The notes beneath the pieces were generated by a model that saw nothing but the letters and a program-made list of their open reading frames with translations, ran no database searches and was not told the origin of the DNA. From positions 1 through 64,000 of the forward strand of contig NMRA01000469.1 of the NCBI GenBank assembly GCA_002633005.1: 64,000 bases of DNA, written 5' to 3'. Origin of the DNA: Phoronis australis. Its lineage: Eukaryota; Animalia; Phoronida. Of the stretch, positions 34,223-48,099 are shown one piece after another; position 1 is the stretch's first letter; every line of letters begins with the position of its first letter. The position numbers and the translations under genes were made by a program.

Positions 34223-35124
34223 TATGTTCATAGTTTCTTTTGTAGTCGCTTACATTTAATCTGTAATTATGAAGGATTTAATCTACAGTGATGTTGGAAC
34301 ACTTTTAGAAGGAGGAGGTTTGAGTTGAAATCTGGCCTCAGGCCAGTCAAGACAGACATGAATAAAAGTGCAAAAACAACTGCTTGCTGCTTGAGGAAAA
34401 GTGGTGGATAACCCTTCCAACATGTCTTTTAGTTTGTTACTTGTGAATCAGTCTGTGTAAGTCTTTCAGTTTTGTAGTTGGTGTTTTGGTCTAGACTGCT
34501 ATTGTGGGTTGCAGTGGAAACTAGTACATGTAGGGGTTTAGCTGTTTCAAACGCCACCTTCATTTGGAACACAAAATACGCATTGGAAAAACGTGCATGT
34601 AGTAGCCAAAATATTGGAATGTCAATACAAAATTATAGATAATTGTGTTTTTATCTCTCTCTTTTTATTGGTCATACTTTGTTGATATAATGCAGGTCCA
34701 GTTTTATTGTGGACTGTTCACATAACATTGGTGGGTCTGCAGTTTTGTAGGGGTCAACCACAGTTTCTATTGGCCAAATGTTGGTTGCAGCCGTAAAAAC
34801 TATTTACCATCTTTTTTGTCTGCTTTCATATACATATCCATATCTCTGTCCAGTGTTAGCTTTTGTATTTCGTAACCCACTCGCAGGATCATGGTCAAAG
34901 TTAACAGATTTGTTACTTTGGAGGTGACTTTAGATGAATATCACCACTGTACCCCTTTGTGTCATTTGTAGTTATGTTTGCCTCTGTATCTATCAAGTTC
35001 GGGTTTCTGTTCAGATTGCTACAAGAGGAGAGCAGGACTGACATTGATTCTGGGACCAGTGATTTCTGTTTCGGTCTCTAGAGCCAATTTATGTTTCCTT
35101 TTCATGTGACTCGGCTTTTACTAG

Positions 35125-35340
35125 GTTCATTGATTGCTCTTCATGAAATTTGGCAGATAAAATTCTATGGATTAAACTACGGCACCTGTTCATTTTAAGA
35201 TGGATTCACCTTTTTGCGCCCCTAGTGGCCATTTTTATGTGCCACACATATGTATGTGGTCGCATATTATTGTCACTCTGTCCGCACAGTATCTCAAAAA
35301 CTCTTGTTGGATTTTGTTGAAATTTGGCAGGAGAGTGTAG
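35125..35340 (-). mobile_element. Diverged HINE-type fragment
   Basis: Reverse modules and the atgtgccacacatatgtatgtggtcgcat hairpin. Confidence 0.5.
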
Positions 35341-36357
35341 AGATTTTTTTCTCCAACACGGTTTGTAGAACTGACATGCGGATATGAATGAGGCTTGACA
35401 CAAAGGTGTATCATGCTCTTGTTACACGTGATATGGCTCTGTTGGGGATGCTTCTGAAGTATTTAAATAAATTGGATTGCTAAGAAGTCTGCAAACTGGC
35501 TCATGTGCAGAGCTTTGAATGAACTGAAAGTTCGCTATTGCTTGAGGCGAAGGTTGACAAGGTGGCTTGTCATGGCGTGCCATTTTGTGCGCTGAGCAGG
35601 GTTTCAAGGAACTACAAACTGACCAGAAACCACTTCCCATGTGAGAAAGGATCTAGTTGGGTGATAAGTGCGAGTCTAAATCGGAAGTTCGATTCTTGGA
35701 CGGAACTTTGCTGTGTAGTCGCTGTAGTTTTCTGAGGTCAGCTGCAGTCCGGAATCAACCGTTTAGCCGCCGTGGTCGTAGCAGTCTGGCTCTGCTGAGG
35801 CTGGCTAAATCTAATTCGTTGAATGCCAGAGTATTTTAAGCGTGTTGGTAGTCACCGGCCTTCATTTCATCGAGCATCTGGCAGACAGTCGTTGGTACTA
35901 AGGTTACAGAAACTCAACGGATTTTGTTGTTCGTTAGCTCTGGTCGAAGCTTATAACTTCCTGACGTCTATTTCACTAAAAATGCGTACCTTAAAATAAG
36001 CCTAAAGATCCGTTTTCCGGCCGTAAAACCGATAACATCTCTTTTAAAAAGGCTAATGCGCCCATATATTTTTTCCGTGCTGCCATTATTTCGTGCTGGC
36101 TTGCAATACATGCCGTGAGCGCCGACACATCAGTATTGTAGTGACAATATCTGGCAGTATCATCCGCGCACGCTAATATGAGTCCGAGTAAAATGAGAGT
36201 TCTGGCGCCGTTTTTAAGATATAAATGATATAGATTCTTCATACCACGAATTGCACGATGACACCTTAATTGGCTTACCTCAAAATCCAACTGCTGCTTG
36301 GTAGTTTGGTAATTGGCCGAACTGAGTTGCACACCCAGCAGAATTAATGAGAAACAT

Positions 36358-37065
36358 ATTTATGATCGACATATGTCCCGAATAATAGATAAATGATACG
36401 TGCGTCGCAAGCTCGTTACCAGAGATGAAAAGGAGACCGAGGTAGGCGATATAAGGTCATTTATTATGACTAGTACAATTACAATAAAATGAATACAGGT
36501 AAATAACGTATAATAGGTAATCTCTGGTAAGATGGGCAATAGAAAGCGCCGGCCGCGTGGAAGTACGAGAGAATGACGAAAACTGGGAGGAAGAGGGAGG
36601 GGAACTTGAATGAGTTTTTGACGTACAACAATGTGGCCGGAACAAAGTGAACTGAAAGCGAGGTTACAATAACAAAGAAAAACGCCCCTAAAGACACGTG
36701 CCAATCATCAGCTTATAAGAACCAAGAGCTAACCAAACTCGAGGCACATAATAACAGCAGACCAATGCGAAGGCTGGAAAAACGACGTGAAGTCATCCTA
36801 CACAAGGGAATAATGGAATAGACCGAGATGAGGGGGAAAAGGAGTAAGGTGGGTCCATATGCTCACATAAATATATTTAACGAGTGAAATACCATTTATG
36901 ATCGACATATGTCCCGAATAATAGATATATGATACGTGCGTCGCAAGCTCGTTACCAGAGATGAAAAGGAGACCGAGGTACTAGGCGATATAAGGTCATT
37001 TATTAGGACTAGTACAATTACAATAAAATGAATACAGGTAAATAACGTATAGTAGGTAATCTCTG
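36358..37065. repeat. About 170-bp direct repeats (36358-36526, 36894-37065) around a 367-bp spacer
   Basis: Near-identical atttatgatcgacatatgtcccg...ggtaatctctg. Confidence 0.9.
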
Positions 37066-40000
37066 AACATTAAACAAACACTTTAGGTTGTAAAAGTCAC
37101 ATTCCTCATCCAATTTTCAAAATTCAAAAACCTGATCACGTGTGCTCTTCACGAACTATTCAAATATGCTATTAACAAACTTTCAAAACGAAAATTTAAA
37201 AGTACTAGTTTTGTCGCCCCCAGTGTGTTTATGATGGGTCTGATTATCTAAAGAACGATGACATCAGCAGTCTGAGGTGATTTAATCAACTAAAACTGCA
37301 TGGTGTCTTTGATCTAAACTGGCAGATTCTGAGGTACACAAAGCGGTCGAGTTGTTCAATCTCGACGGGTTAGGGTGTCAACGTAGGATTCTTTTCAATC
37401 ATGTTAGCAAAATTAGAGTTGTAGTTCTTTTTAAAAATAAAAAAGTCGGTTAAAACGTCAGTTATTCCCTGTAAAATAGACGGACAATTCGAGTTCAGAA
37501 ATCCGACTTTTTCAGTCACTCTTCAGTACTCGTTTCGTCTCTTTTGTATAAACCTATCCTGGAAAAATTAAACATTTAGTTCATATAAATGTTCGTAAAT
37601 ACCACGGACGAGTGAAGCGTTAAGGTTCACGTTATAGATTACGGTAGCAGCAGACGCGCCTATGTAGCTATAAGCTCGTTAGTTTGCTTGGAAGGTAAGA
37701 CAGACAGTATGTCGTTCCTGTAGCTGTCTTTTAAGACATACATTCATCAGATGCTGGTACTTCGTGGTTTGGAGAGTAACACGATACTACGGATATCAAT
37801 ACTACGATGTATCGAGAGATGAGACAAAATGGACACTACGATCTTGGAAATGAACCTTGGTGCATTACCATTGATGTTAAGTTAATGGATAGATTCTGAT
37901 TATGTGTACTTTCTGCCAGTCACAAAGTAAATCGGGTTTTGTCTGAAAAAAAGTGTCGTATAAACAAGAAAACAATAATTTATGTTTACCAATCAAAAAA
38001 GAAACTGAAATCGCTCTGATGAGCAAACACTTTAGTGGAGAAATCGAACGAAGACCGTAAAATTGAGGTTGACAATGAAAACGAGCGTTTCGATGTCTCG
38101 ATTACGACCAAAACATCGGTGTTGACGCTGGCGCTGACAACACAGATGATGCCGTCGGCAACTCGAAGCATGGACACTGCATGTTCAACAACGACGATAA
38201 AACAGCAGAACACAATAACTTCACGCATGATGAGTGTTCACGATGCGTTTAAAGTCCCTTGAGCAAATGAAATAAAAGAGGGATTTACATTTGTCCGCAA
38301 TGCGAAAATTGTTAATGTGTAATTTGCACTGAGTTTATTTGAAATGGACTATGTAGCTATTGGATGAGATGAATGACATGATTGACTAATGAGATCTTTG
38401 AACATTTATCGTGAATGTCAAATATCAGCGTACTTGGCTCATTTGTCTGGCAACTTATCGTTTTGATTTTCATGAGAGAGAGTCAAATGATTTTTCTTTA
38501 AAAACTTGCTCATCATTTTAAGGACACATGGAAACGTTAAAAAGCATTGGTCCAGTACAAAGGGTATGCATCACAATTAATGTTCATAATCCAGATATCC
38601 CTGGCAACGGCACCACGCAATGACACTCACTCCGAAGCTCTAACAACGACGAAAACCCGATGTCGCTGCCATGTAGCGAAAATAACACCGCCTTCGCTAA
38701 AAATCCCACTACCGACGGCTGACATCTGCGAGCCGCCAATGGCACACCATACGCTGTATAATGTTATACCGTAGCAAGAACTGTCAATGATTATGCCAGC
38801 AACGTTGGCGTATACATGCAACGACTAGCAACGCTGACAATCCGAGAGTGTAACTATAAGGCATCTCTAGACGACACTGTAAAGTTAGACTGCAGCCGCG
38901 GCCAATTTGCAGTTCCAAAAATATATTCTAGGGGTAGACCAGGTTTGAGGATATTTTTGAGGTAGGCGTTACATGTAGTTTCAGCAAATCTGTTTTTCTT
39001 TGTATTCGTGAACATCTTTGGACTGAGCAAAGGCCACTTGTTCGGCTGTGAGTTGCACTTTTCTTCGACCCCCTGCTGCATTCGTGCATTGCTGAGCAGC
39101 GACTGAGGAATCGGCTGCAAAAATATCTAATTGGTTGACAGCTGTTTTGGGCCACATTTTCGGTATTTTTAGGAAATTTGCTTTTCGGAATCTAGTATTG
39201 GCTCGTGTCGCCCATCGACAGGGAACTGTAGGTCTAGTAGTGGTAGTTTTGGGGTAAGATGAAGTGTCAATTTTGTATTCATTGCCCCTTTGTCTGTTAG
39301 CCTACCGTGCCTTTCAGTAGGAGTGATAATGTCAAATACACAAGGAAGAATAAAGTTTCTGAGCTCAGCTGTATGACTTTGGTGTGATCTATGACATAAA
39401 ATGTTTCATTTTGGCATACAGGTTTCGACAGGTAGATCAAAAGGTGACAAGTCCATCCATGTGTGTTCTGCTCGGCAAAATCCAGTGACAACTGTCCCCA
39501 CAGGAAACCGCGGATTCCACCGCAAGAGACACCGTTCGGCAATGAAAAATCTGATAACTCAAATGTCGAATGCAATGCCAAAACGCTTCCGCCGTACGCA
39601 AACAACGTGAATAACTACACAGCCAACGTCATCAACATTGAGACGATGTTGATCATGGGTACGGTACTAAAAATGCAAAGGTGTTCGTAGTCCGTCATGT
39701 TTTGACAGTGATAGTGTCGTAAATTGAATAAACTTCATTTTAGAATACATACTTAATGAAGTCTATTAAAAGCTGTCTGGACATTAAAAATCAATTAAAA
39801 ATAACGAAAATCTCACAAACGATAATGGCGGGCTCCGAACCCACGACCTGACTTTACACTGGCGACTTAACTAGGTTTACAATTAGGCAGTGACAAATCG
39901 AACCTATTTAGAGTCGTTGCATGTTTTATGGAGTCAATTCTGCACAGAAATGCATACTAATTAGTAAATACTTGTACATAGTTTAGGCAAAATAATAGGG

Positions 40001-40690
40001 ACGTCAGCCAAAGACTAAACAGCTATGTTTCTCTGCCAAACGAGGAGGTCAACTGAACCTGACTACTAGTACATCCGGTCATTCGGGAACCTGTCAGACT
40101 TGGCATTTTGAAACAAATGCCTCCTAACTCCGCCGTCTTTCACGCCACTCTCACAAAAAGCAATAGTTTTCGGAAAATTCCCATGGTAAAAATCTGCGCA
40201 AAAGTTTGGACTAAAAAAATGAGCCTGTGAACATAGTTTCTGCCGCCGGTCGATTAGTAATAAACGGAATGTGCTCTGAGTAGCGACATCGAACGAAAAA
40301 CTTTGAAATGAGATCGATTACGAAACCAAGAACAGTAACACATCCATGGAACTAACGTCAAAAACAATATCATTGCATTGAGGAATCGGACAATAAAGGA
40401 CACCGGCATCAAATCAGAAAATTAAGAATAACTTGAGAACTGTACGTATAGCCTAGGCTATGTCCGGCGTAGCGAAAAACTAATACCGGTACTACTAAGA
40501 GTAATCATCGGAAATCTCGAGTAACTCGAAAACGGTAATTTGTAATTAAAAACACTAATTCTGACACCCCTTGAAATGATCTATCCATAGAAAAGAAATT
40601 GGAAAAATCCCTCGAGAGATGGCTCGGCAAAGCAAAAATTTTGAAATATGGCCAATTCCAACTAAAAACAATAGGTTTTGAGCTATTCAC

Positions 40691-41253
40691 CTCGCTGGTC
40701 CCCTACGTGCCTAGCCAGCACGCAGGTATAACGCAGTGGCACGCGCCATTGGCTCATGTAACCTCAGCAGTCATTGGTTATATTTACTACACCGTGAAAA
40801 AATGACGGACTGTGAACGATTTTTAGCCTTTTGTCATGCCAGTGGCGTCGCAGCACCTATTTCGTTTCTGCAGTGATGTTTAATAGCCGCGTGCTTGAAG
40901 CACATACAAGTACAATAAACACATATCTGACCGATTTGACGGTGTGTTATTCATACTGTATGAATACAGGACAGTATCGTAAACAAAAGTCATTGACAGT
41001 AGAAAGATGCCCTCCGAAAAGGCGCAACCACAATTTCTAGGATTCACATTTCCTGAACATAACTTTTAAGCACCGATTTGTCTACCCAACAGACCACATT
41101 TACAGTTCAGTCCATCAGTCATGCCAGTTTGTTTGCGTAAAGCGCTGCCTTTTGAGAATTCGACTAGCCAATGGGAAACGCATATGTAAAAAAATTTCCC
41201 GAGGAAAATTAAGTGACTACTGGCCACCTAGCGGCACGCAGGGAACCAGCGAG
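40691..41253. mobile_element. Mutator-like non-autonomous element, 9-bp TSD GCTATTCAC
   Basis: TIRs CTCGCTGGT / ACCAGCGAG; perfect 9-bp duplication at 40682-40690 and 41254-41262. Confidence 0.85.
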
Positions 41254-41643
41254 GCTATTCACAAGCCACACATAGTCAGCCGATTTCATAAAGGTGGTTT
41301 AAAGTTAAACCTGGTTTAAACTGGACTTAGACCAGGTTTAAAGATAATCTGCATTTCATAAAGGTGGTTTAACTTTTAGACCAGTGGTCTAGTAAAACCT
41401 GGTTTAACTCCAGTTTAGACATGGTCTAAGTCAGTTTTCATTTCAACAACGAGGTCTATACTCTTTAGACCTGTATTAAGATCTTAAACCATGTTTAACT
41501 TTAGACTTGGTCAGACCAGGTTTAACTGTTAAATATGTCAGACTTGCATGGTATAGGTACAACTGAATGATGCCGCGGAGTGCATTTGCGAAAATGGACT
41601 ATTTTCAATATTCAGTTTTACTATGACACAAGATCAAGCGTAG

Positions 41644-41800
41644 CAGGGGCGGATTCAGGATTTTTTAAAGGGGGAGGGGATGGTCAAGGACTTTTTGAAA
41701 GGGGGCCAAGTCAACAATTTGAAAATTATATATTTGATATCACTAAAATCAATGGAAAAAAGGGGACTCCGGACCCCTTGACCCCGTGGATCCGCCTATG
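41644..41800 (+). mobile_element. CAGGGGCGG-terminus MITE, 5-bp TSD CGTAG
   Basis: TIRs and TSD at 41639-41643 and 41801-41805. Confidence 0.85.
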
Positions 41801-41938
41801 CGTAGACCAGTACTTGCTGGAGTGTGTCCTGCGGATTTCTCAGAATACGACTGGTCGAGCAGGGCNGTTAGGACGACTTTTTAAACTACGATGTGCATCT
41901 GTTTAATTTTCAAGTTGTTTCCATAATCATAAAATGTA

Positions 41939-42670
41939 ATTTGATGTTTTTGTTACTCGTAGTGAAATCATTGACGTTCGTTATACATGAATTAAGGACA
42001 CCACGTTAAGTGTTGGGAATTTGATGTTTTTGTTACTCGTAGTGAAATCATTGACGTTCGTTATACATGAATTAAGGACACCACGTTAAGTGTTGGGAAT
42101 TTGATGTTTTTGTTACTCGTAGTGAAATCATTGACGTTCGTTATACATGAATTAAGGACACCACGTTAAGTGTTGGGAATTTGATGTTTTTGTTACTCGT
42201 AGTGAAATCATTGACGTTCGTTATACATGAATTAAGGACACCACGTTAAGTGTTGGGAATTTGATGTTTTTGTTACTCGTAGTGAAATCATTGACGTTCG
42301 TTATACATGAATTAAGGACACCACGTTAAGTGTTGGGAATTTGATGTTTTTGTTACTCGTAGTGAAATCATTGACGTTCGTTATACATGAATTAAGGACA
42401 CCACGTTAAGTGTTGGGAATATGATGTTTTTGTTACTCGTAGTGAAATCATTGACGTTCGTTATACATGAATTAAGGACACCACGTTAAGTGTTGGGAAT
42501 ATGATGTTTTTGTTACTCGTAGTGAAATCATTGACGTTCGTTATACATGAATTAAGGACACCACGTTGAGTGTTGGGAATATGATGTTTTTGTTACTCGT
42601 AGTGAAATCATTGACGTTCGTTATACATGAATTAAAGGACATCACGTTGAGTGTTGGGAATATGATGTTT
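41939..42670. repeat. 80-bp tandem satellite, about 9 copies
   Basis: Period 80 (ttgatgtttt at 41941, 42021, 42101...); near-identical units with no spacers. Confidence 0.97.
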
Positions 42671-43443
42671 TCCACGCTTTTAGGAAATGTAACGAAATCA
42701 AGAAGTGAAAAATGTTAGACTACACCCAGTGTGAATCTTTTAATTGATTATAACTAAGTTTTAAAATCTATGAATTGTTGACCTTTAAACTTTGGCATCG
42801 TGTAAGTGGACATAGACTGGCAATGGGCTCAATATAGGTAATTGGAAGGCTACAAATTGTAGTGTTTTCGTCAAGTGTAATGTGCTGTTTAAATCTGAAA
42901 GCTTGAAACTGTTCCGTTAACAATTTATTTGCTATTATTCACAACGAAAACTCATAGATACCAAGTAATTAGAGAATTATTGTCACGGTGATATGCAATG
43001 CCTCAAACTATCAATCATTTGCTTACGCAAGCAATCGCTTATATTGATTCAAATATAAAGCAACGCGAGTGATTTGAATCAACCGTGGAAAATTCCAGAG
43101 GTAGTCAGTCGGCCCGCTGTATGTAGTATTCCTCTGAGCTTTCTGTACTTGGAATGTTTCTTCGCCGATAAACTACGAAATGATTAATTTTGTGCGTACT
43201 AAGTTAAAGGTGTCAAATTTTCAAAAAAAATCTTTTTTAAAGAATGCATATTGCTTAAAATCATCAATTGCCGAGCCACAAAACCATAAGTAAGTCGTAG
43301 TTTCAGTATTCGCAAATGTACTCGATGGTACAAGAAAACCAGTTAGCGTAACCGCGGCGACAATAACTGTGTGATGGGTTTTTTCACGAATGCCTTGGGT
43401 AATGTTATTCTAAGTATACGTACATAGTTGTACATAAGTTCTG

Positions 43444-43671
43444 GGGCCTGTTCCAACAAAACTGACTTAGCTAAGACATATCTTAAATTTTATTAAATTC
43501 TAAGATAAACTTAAATTTGTCTTCAGACCGTTTGTACAAAGAGATCTTAAGTCTGAATTAAGTTTTTGATAAAAGTTTTGTCTTAATTTTAACTATCTTA
43601 CCGGATGTGGAAGTTTCAAAGTATGGAAGTTAAGTCAAAAATCAACTTAAGTCAGTTTCTTGGAACGGGCC
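43444..43671 (+). mobile_element. PIF/Harbinger-type MITE (GGGCC ends, CWG TSD)
   Basis: ctg|gggcctgttccaa...ttggaacgggccc|ctg. Confidence 0.8.
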
Positions 43672-44091
43672 CCTGTTCTGTTTGTTCTTTAATGCTGCAC
43701 GTTTAACGGGAGCCGGGTTTTAGCATTTGAGGCTACGAACTCCATTTTCCAAAAAAAATGCTTTGATATGAAATTTTAATTGAAAATTGAGGTTTTTGCT
43801 TTTGGCGCACCAATATCTCAAACCGGGAGACTATTGCCGGAGCTGACAACGGAAGATAACGCATAAGTATCTTTACCAAACGGATGTCACTTAGTGGCTA
43901 CTGAGACACCCCCCGGTTGAGGTTAAACGAAACACTTTTAACCTGCGGTCTTGTGACAAAATACCCCATACACAGCGTTCAAATATGAAGGGGTGGGCGG
44001 GGGTAAAGGAATAACAGAGTAAACTGAAATCTAGGGTAAAGATCAGAACATCGGCTGAAGCATAGCACTGGTAAAGGAGCCTGTAGGCCAG

Positions 44092-44323
44092 GGGCCCGTT
44101 CCAAGAAACTGACTTAAGTTCAATTTTGACTTAGTTAAGTCTAAGGTTTGTCTCAACTTCCAAACTTTGCAACTTTCACATCGGTTAAGTTAGTTGAACT
44201 TTGACTTAAGTTATGTCTAAACTCAAGATCACTTTCTGGGAACGGATTTAAGACAAATTTTTATCTTGAAATTGACTTAAATTAAGATTCGTTTTAGCTA
44301 AGTCAGTATTCTTGGAACTGGCC
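44092..44323 (-). mobile_element. Same Harbinger-type MITE, inverted
   Basis: cag|gggcccgttccaagaaactgacttaag...ttggaactggcc|cag. Confidence 0.8.
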
Positions 44324-46670
44324 CAGCATTACACGAGGTCCTCAGTGTCGGGGAAAGAGCTACAACAAGTACTAAAGAGCATTGAAAATATTTCAAATAT
44401 CTACGCTATGCTATTTTTTCACCGACAATATCCCCGATCGTATGATTATATTATCACTATTATCTCTCCCATCTTCCTAAGTGTCAGCAATTAATACGAC
44501 CCCCACCGAGAACCTTCTGAACCATGTAGTTCCCTGGAGAAGTTTTTCGGCGAAAATAATTTCCAGCGCCGAGTTTCTATGGTGATAATCGTCCACGTGT
44601 AGTTTTCAAGTGACGTTATTTAGTGACACACCCCGGTGTCTCTCGGTCTTTAGTGGGAATCCACAGAGAAACTTTTCTGAACTTAGCAGTCAAGTAATGT
44701 ATGTATGGTATTTTCATCGATTATGGTACAGTGTATGTAATCAAGCTCGGTTTTGCACAGTTTGGCTTGTAACTTCGCTGTTAATGTTCCGAGGACTAGC
44801 TACGCTCTCCATTTGGGTCATTAAAAGTGTACGATAATACCTTTAGCTAGCACAAAATAACATGACTAAAGCAATATTGATTTACTTTGTGTAATGAACA
44901 CATTTAATCACTTGTGGTGTGACACGCGTTAGGTACTGCTAGAGAAGAATTTTCAAGGGAAGCCCTTGGAACAAAAAGCGTCATAGAATCTTTTATTGCT
45001 GGTATCGTTTAGTCAAATAATATAAAGTCTACATATGAAATCCTTTGTTTCAAGAAAATTGGTATTGTAAGAATCTACTTTGCCTGGGTTATACAACGAA
45101 GTACGATACAGACTAAAACAATATGTGAATGGTAGAAAAATACCTGTTATTTGTAAGTACACAAGATAAATAAAAACAAAGACTCTGCAAGATGGACCAA
45201 CGGTAGGTTACTAACATTTCTTGAAACTAGCACGTGGCTGGAAGGAGAAAATGACGTGAAGGTAGCTTTTTGCACGATTTTTGTTTATATAAACAACTTT
45301 TGCGTCCTGTAGACTATTATTAAAATTCTACATTTTTAGTCAGCTCACGTACCTCCTAGACCTTGGATAGGCGTAATTTTTGTTGGGACACTTACATACT
45401 GGTGCATTTTTAGTGTTACACGGACAAAATTCACAGCACATGCAACCATTGAATGCGCAAGATTGTTAAAGCTCTGACCAACGCTGTCCCATGCAATCCA
45501 GTTAGTGACCAAAACGACGTCTTCTCAGCAGCTAACACGTTCAGAAAAAGGAAATATATTTTAAAAAATTATCATTTATAAATTAGAAAGATTTCAAATA
45601 ATATTATTTTCTGGTGATGAAAGTCCATTTGATTTGAAAGTCGCGTATTTTTCAGATCTGAGGAGATCTAGGGCATATGATTTTCTCCACAAAATTCAAA
45701 CTCTAAGCTGACAAGTAATTATGTATTTAAAATTAAAAAAAATACAATAATTATGCCATTTTAGACAGCCCTTTAAATTCATCTGAGTCATCTGAGAGAA
45801 GGACCAACGTCACTGCACAAGGAACATCCCCATAAGCACTCCGTCTCCTGAAGAAGTACATCCCGAAGTGTGTAGATGCTGACAGTTCCAATCAGTGGCT
45901 GATTCACTAGCCTTCTGTTTCTTCCACAAAGTCTTGGATTTTCTGCAGGCAGCCCATCCAACTGAGTAGGCCCTTATGAAAAGACATTTGTCATTTGCCA
46001 ATTATCAAACCACCCTTCGTCTTTGAAATCGTCTTTGTTAAATGTGTTTTGCTACTAGTTCATCGATCCTTCTGATCATTTTCATACTTGCCGTTTGAGA
46101 GATCGTTCCAAAAGCAACTCCGTGGGGGATCCTTATACCCAAGTCTCACAGCTGCCCAGATTCAAGGCAATTATTCTAGAAGAATCTTCTCGACTTCGCT
46201 GCGAAATGAGTACCGAGAAACCTTACACCATGCTCATTCGTCCGTGTGGCGTCATCATGTACATTACTACATGCAACCAAAGACGATAGGTCTCTCATAT
46301 AACCTCTTATGTACATTGTAGCGTCGTACGGAAACGACGAATTATATCGAATGAATGTGTCATACAGGGGAAATACAAACCACTTACTGGTATAAAATCG
46401 GTATCATCTTGTTCGTTGTTCAAATCAGAAACAAGTTGCTAGTAAGGAACTGATAGTTGGTTATTGGCTCAGACAAAGTTGGTGACATTTATCAATCCGG
46501 GTTAGTTTCAGCTGCCAAAGCAGAATAGCTCTCGAGGGAATTCCTTGGGATTTATTGTTAAGGTTGATAATTTCAACTCACAAAAATAAGAACATGACAC
46601 CGTTAGTTCAGAAGAGTAGATTATGCCTATGAAGATATTTGTTGTTTAGCAGCAGAACACGGTTGATAGA

Positions 46671-46803
46671 CTCGCTGGTTCCCTGCGTGCCGCTAGGTGG
46701 TCGGTAACCAGCACGTGCTGGCTACCGACCACCTAGCAGCACGCAGGGCACAAGCGAGTGCGTGATACCTGCGTGCTGGCTAGGCACGTAGGAAACCAGC
46801 GAG
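46671..46803. mobile_element. 133-bp Mutator-like mini-element, 10-bp TSD GGTTGATAGA
   Basis: Same TIRs as 40691-41253; TSD at 46661-46670 and 46804-46813. Confidence 0.85.
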
Positions 46804-46818
46804 GGTTGATAGAGAGAC

Positions 46819-47024
46819 CAGCCACCCGTTCCGAGTAACACTAGGACCTCGCTAAAAAGCAAGACTTGGCGTGCGTTCAGTAGACGCTAGGACCTACGCT
46901 AGGACCTAGCTAAAATCTAGCCAAAGCCACGTGTTATCACTTTAAATACACGGCAATATCTCACGTAATCTCGCGAAGTCTTGCTTTTTAGCGAGGTCCT
47001 AGTGTTACTCGGAACGGGAGGCTG
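46819..47024. mobile_element. Hairpin MITE with about 48-bp TIRs
   Basis: cccgttccgagtaacactaggacctcgctaaaaagcaagactt and its reverse complement at 46976-47018. Confidence 0.75.
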
Positions 47025-48099
47025 GCAAGACTGCACGCTAGCGAGTGACGTGGGCCATGCGATTTTATTGTCCTTTAATATTGGAACAAACGAATTTTTG
47101 TTGCACGGCAAAAGCTACGTCGCGACTGAAATTTGAAATGGAACATTTCTGCGACCTTTGTCTTGCGTCGCTTGGACTAATCACAGCGCAACAAGAACGG
47201 TATTCTTCAGTTAATCATCTGGTAACAATTAGGGAAGTTGTATGGCATATGATGTCTCGATTACAAAGACATCCTTTAAAAACCGAGTTGGGAACGGATT
47301 GGTCATGAAGTTAGCCTAACAGTCAGAAACACTGGATTCGGTATACACATTTGTGTACGCAGTCTTTCACATGACTTAACAAGAACTGTCAGTGCAGTCC
47401 TTTTGGATGGAGTGCTTGTTGGCATTTTGATCTAAAAAGTTAAACAATCAGCGGTTCACTACGTAACATGACATTGTAGTGCGTACATCAAACACGACGA
47501 CAGCATTTCGTCTTTGCGCGCTAAGTTCGCGATCAACACGAATGTCGATCGCTCGCGTGGAGTCTTGCCAGGCTCACTTCCCAGAATAGAAAACGATAAC
47601 CAAACTGTCAAATAGACGCACAATGCCAAAAACTAACGAGTGAGAAAGTAAAAAATAAGTACAGATCCTTTTCACAAAAGCTAGTTTGTCAAGGTAATTA
47701 TTAAACACATTGTGCAGCTTGCCATCGTGAAAAAAATATGTTTACGTAATTAATTATTGATATATCTTTTGAGTTAAAGCATGTAAGGGTGTGACAGAAT
47801 CAATGTATCAATTATTATTCAATTTCTGTCACTGAATGCCTATCAAAGTAAACGTTTAATGAAGTTTGAAGTTCCATCCCCAGGCTTAAGTCGGATCACT
47901 TACGCGGATCATAACGTTTGATGTCGTTTGGTGTGTTTCATTTCAATCAGTTCTTATTCATACTTTCTGCAACACCATGTTTTTTGATCAATTAAACCCC
48001 GTTCTTAGTGTTGCAGGAAAGAAGCTACTTACGAAATGAAACATAAGCTCCAGCTAGAGGAGCCTATACTTGTTCACATTTTACCATAAGATCGGATTG

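Noticed and set aside
35991-36704. 113-114-aa minus-strand ORFs
   Set aside because: No domain similarity recognised; they overlap repeat-derived sequence.
37750-39730. Possible plus-strand gene (PWCIT kringle-like word, Thr-rich ORFs, terminal ORF followed by AATAAA)
   Set aside because: In-frame stops, no consistent splice chain and no recognisable domain.
41939-42670. 80-bp periodic array as CRISPR
   Set aside because: Whole units are identical with no variable spacers.
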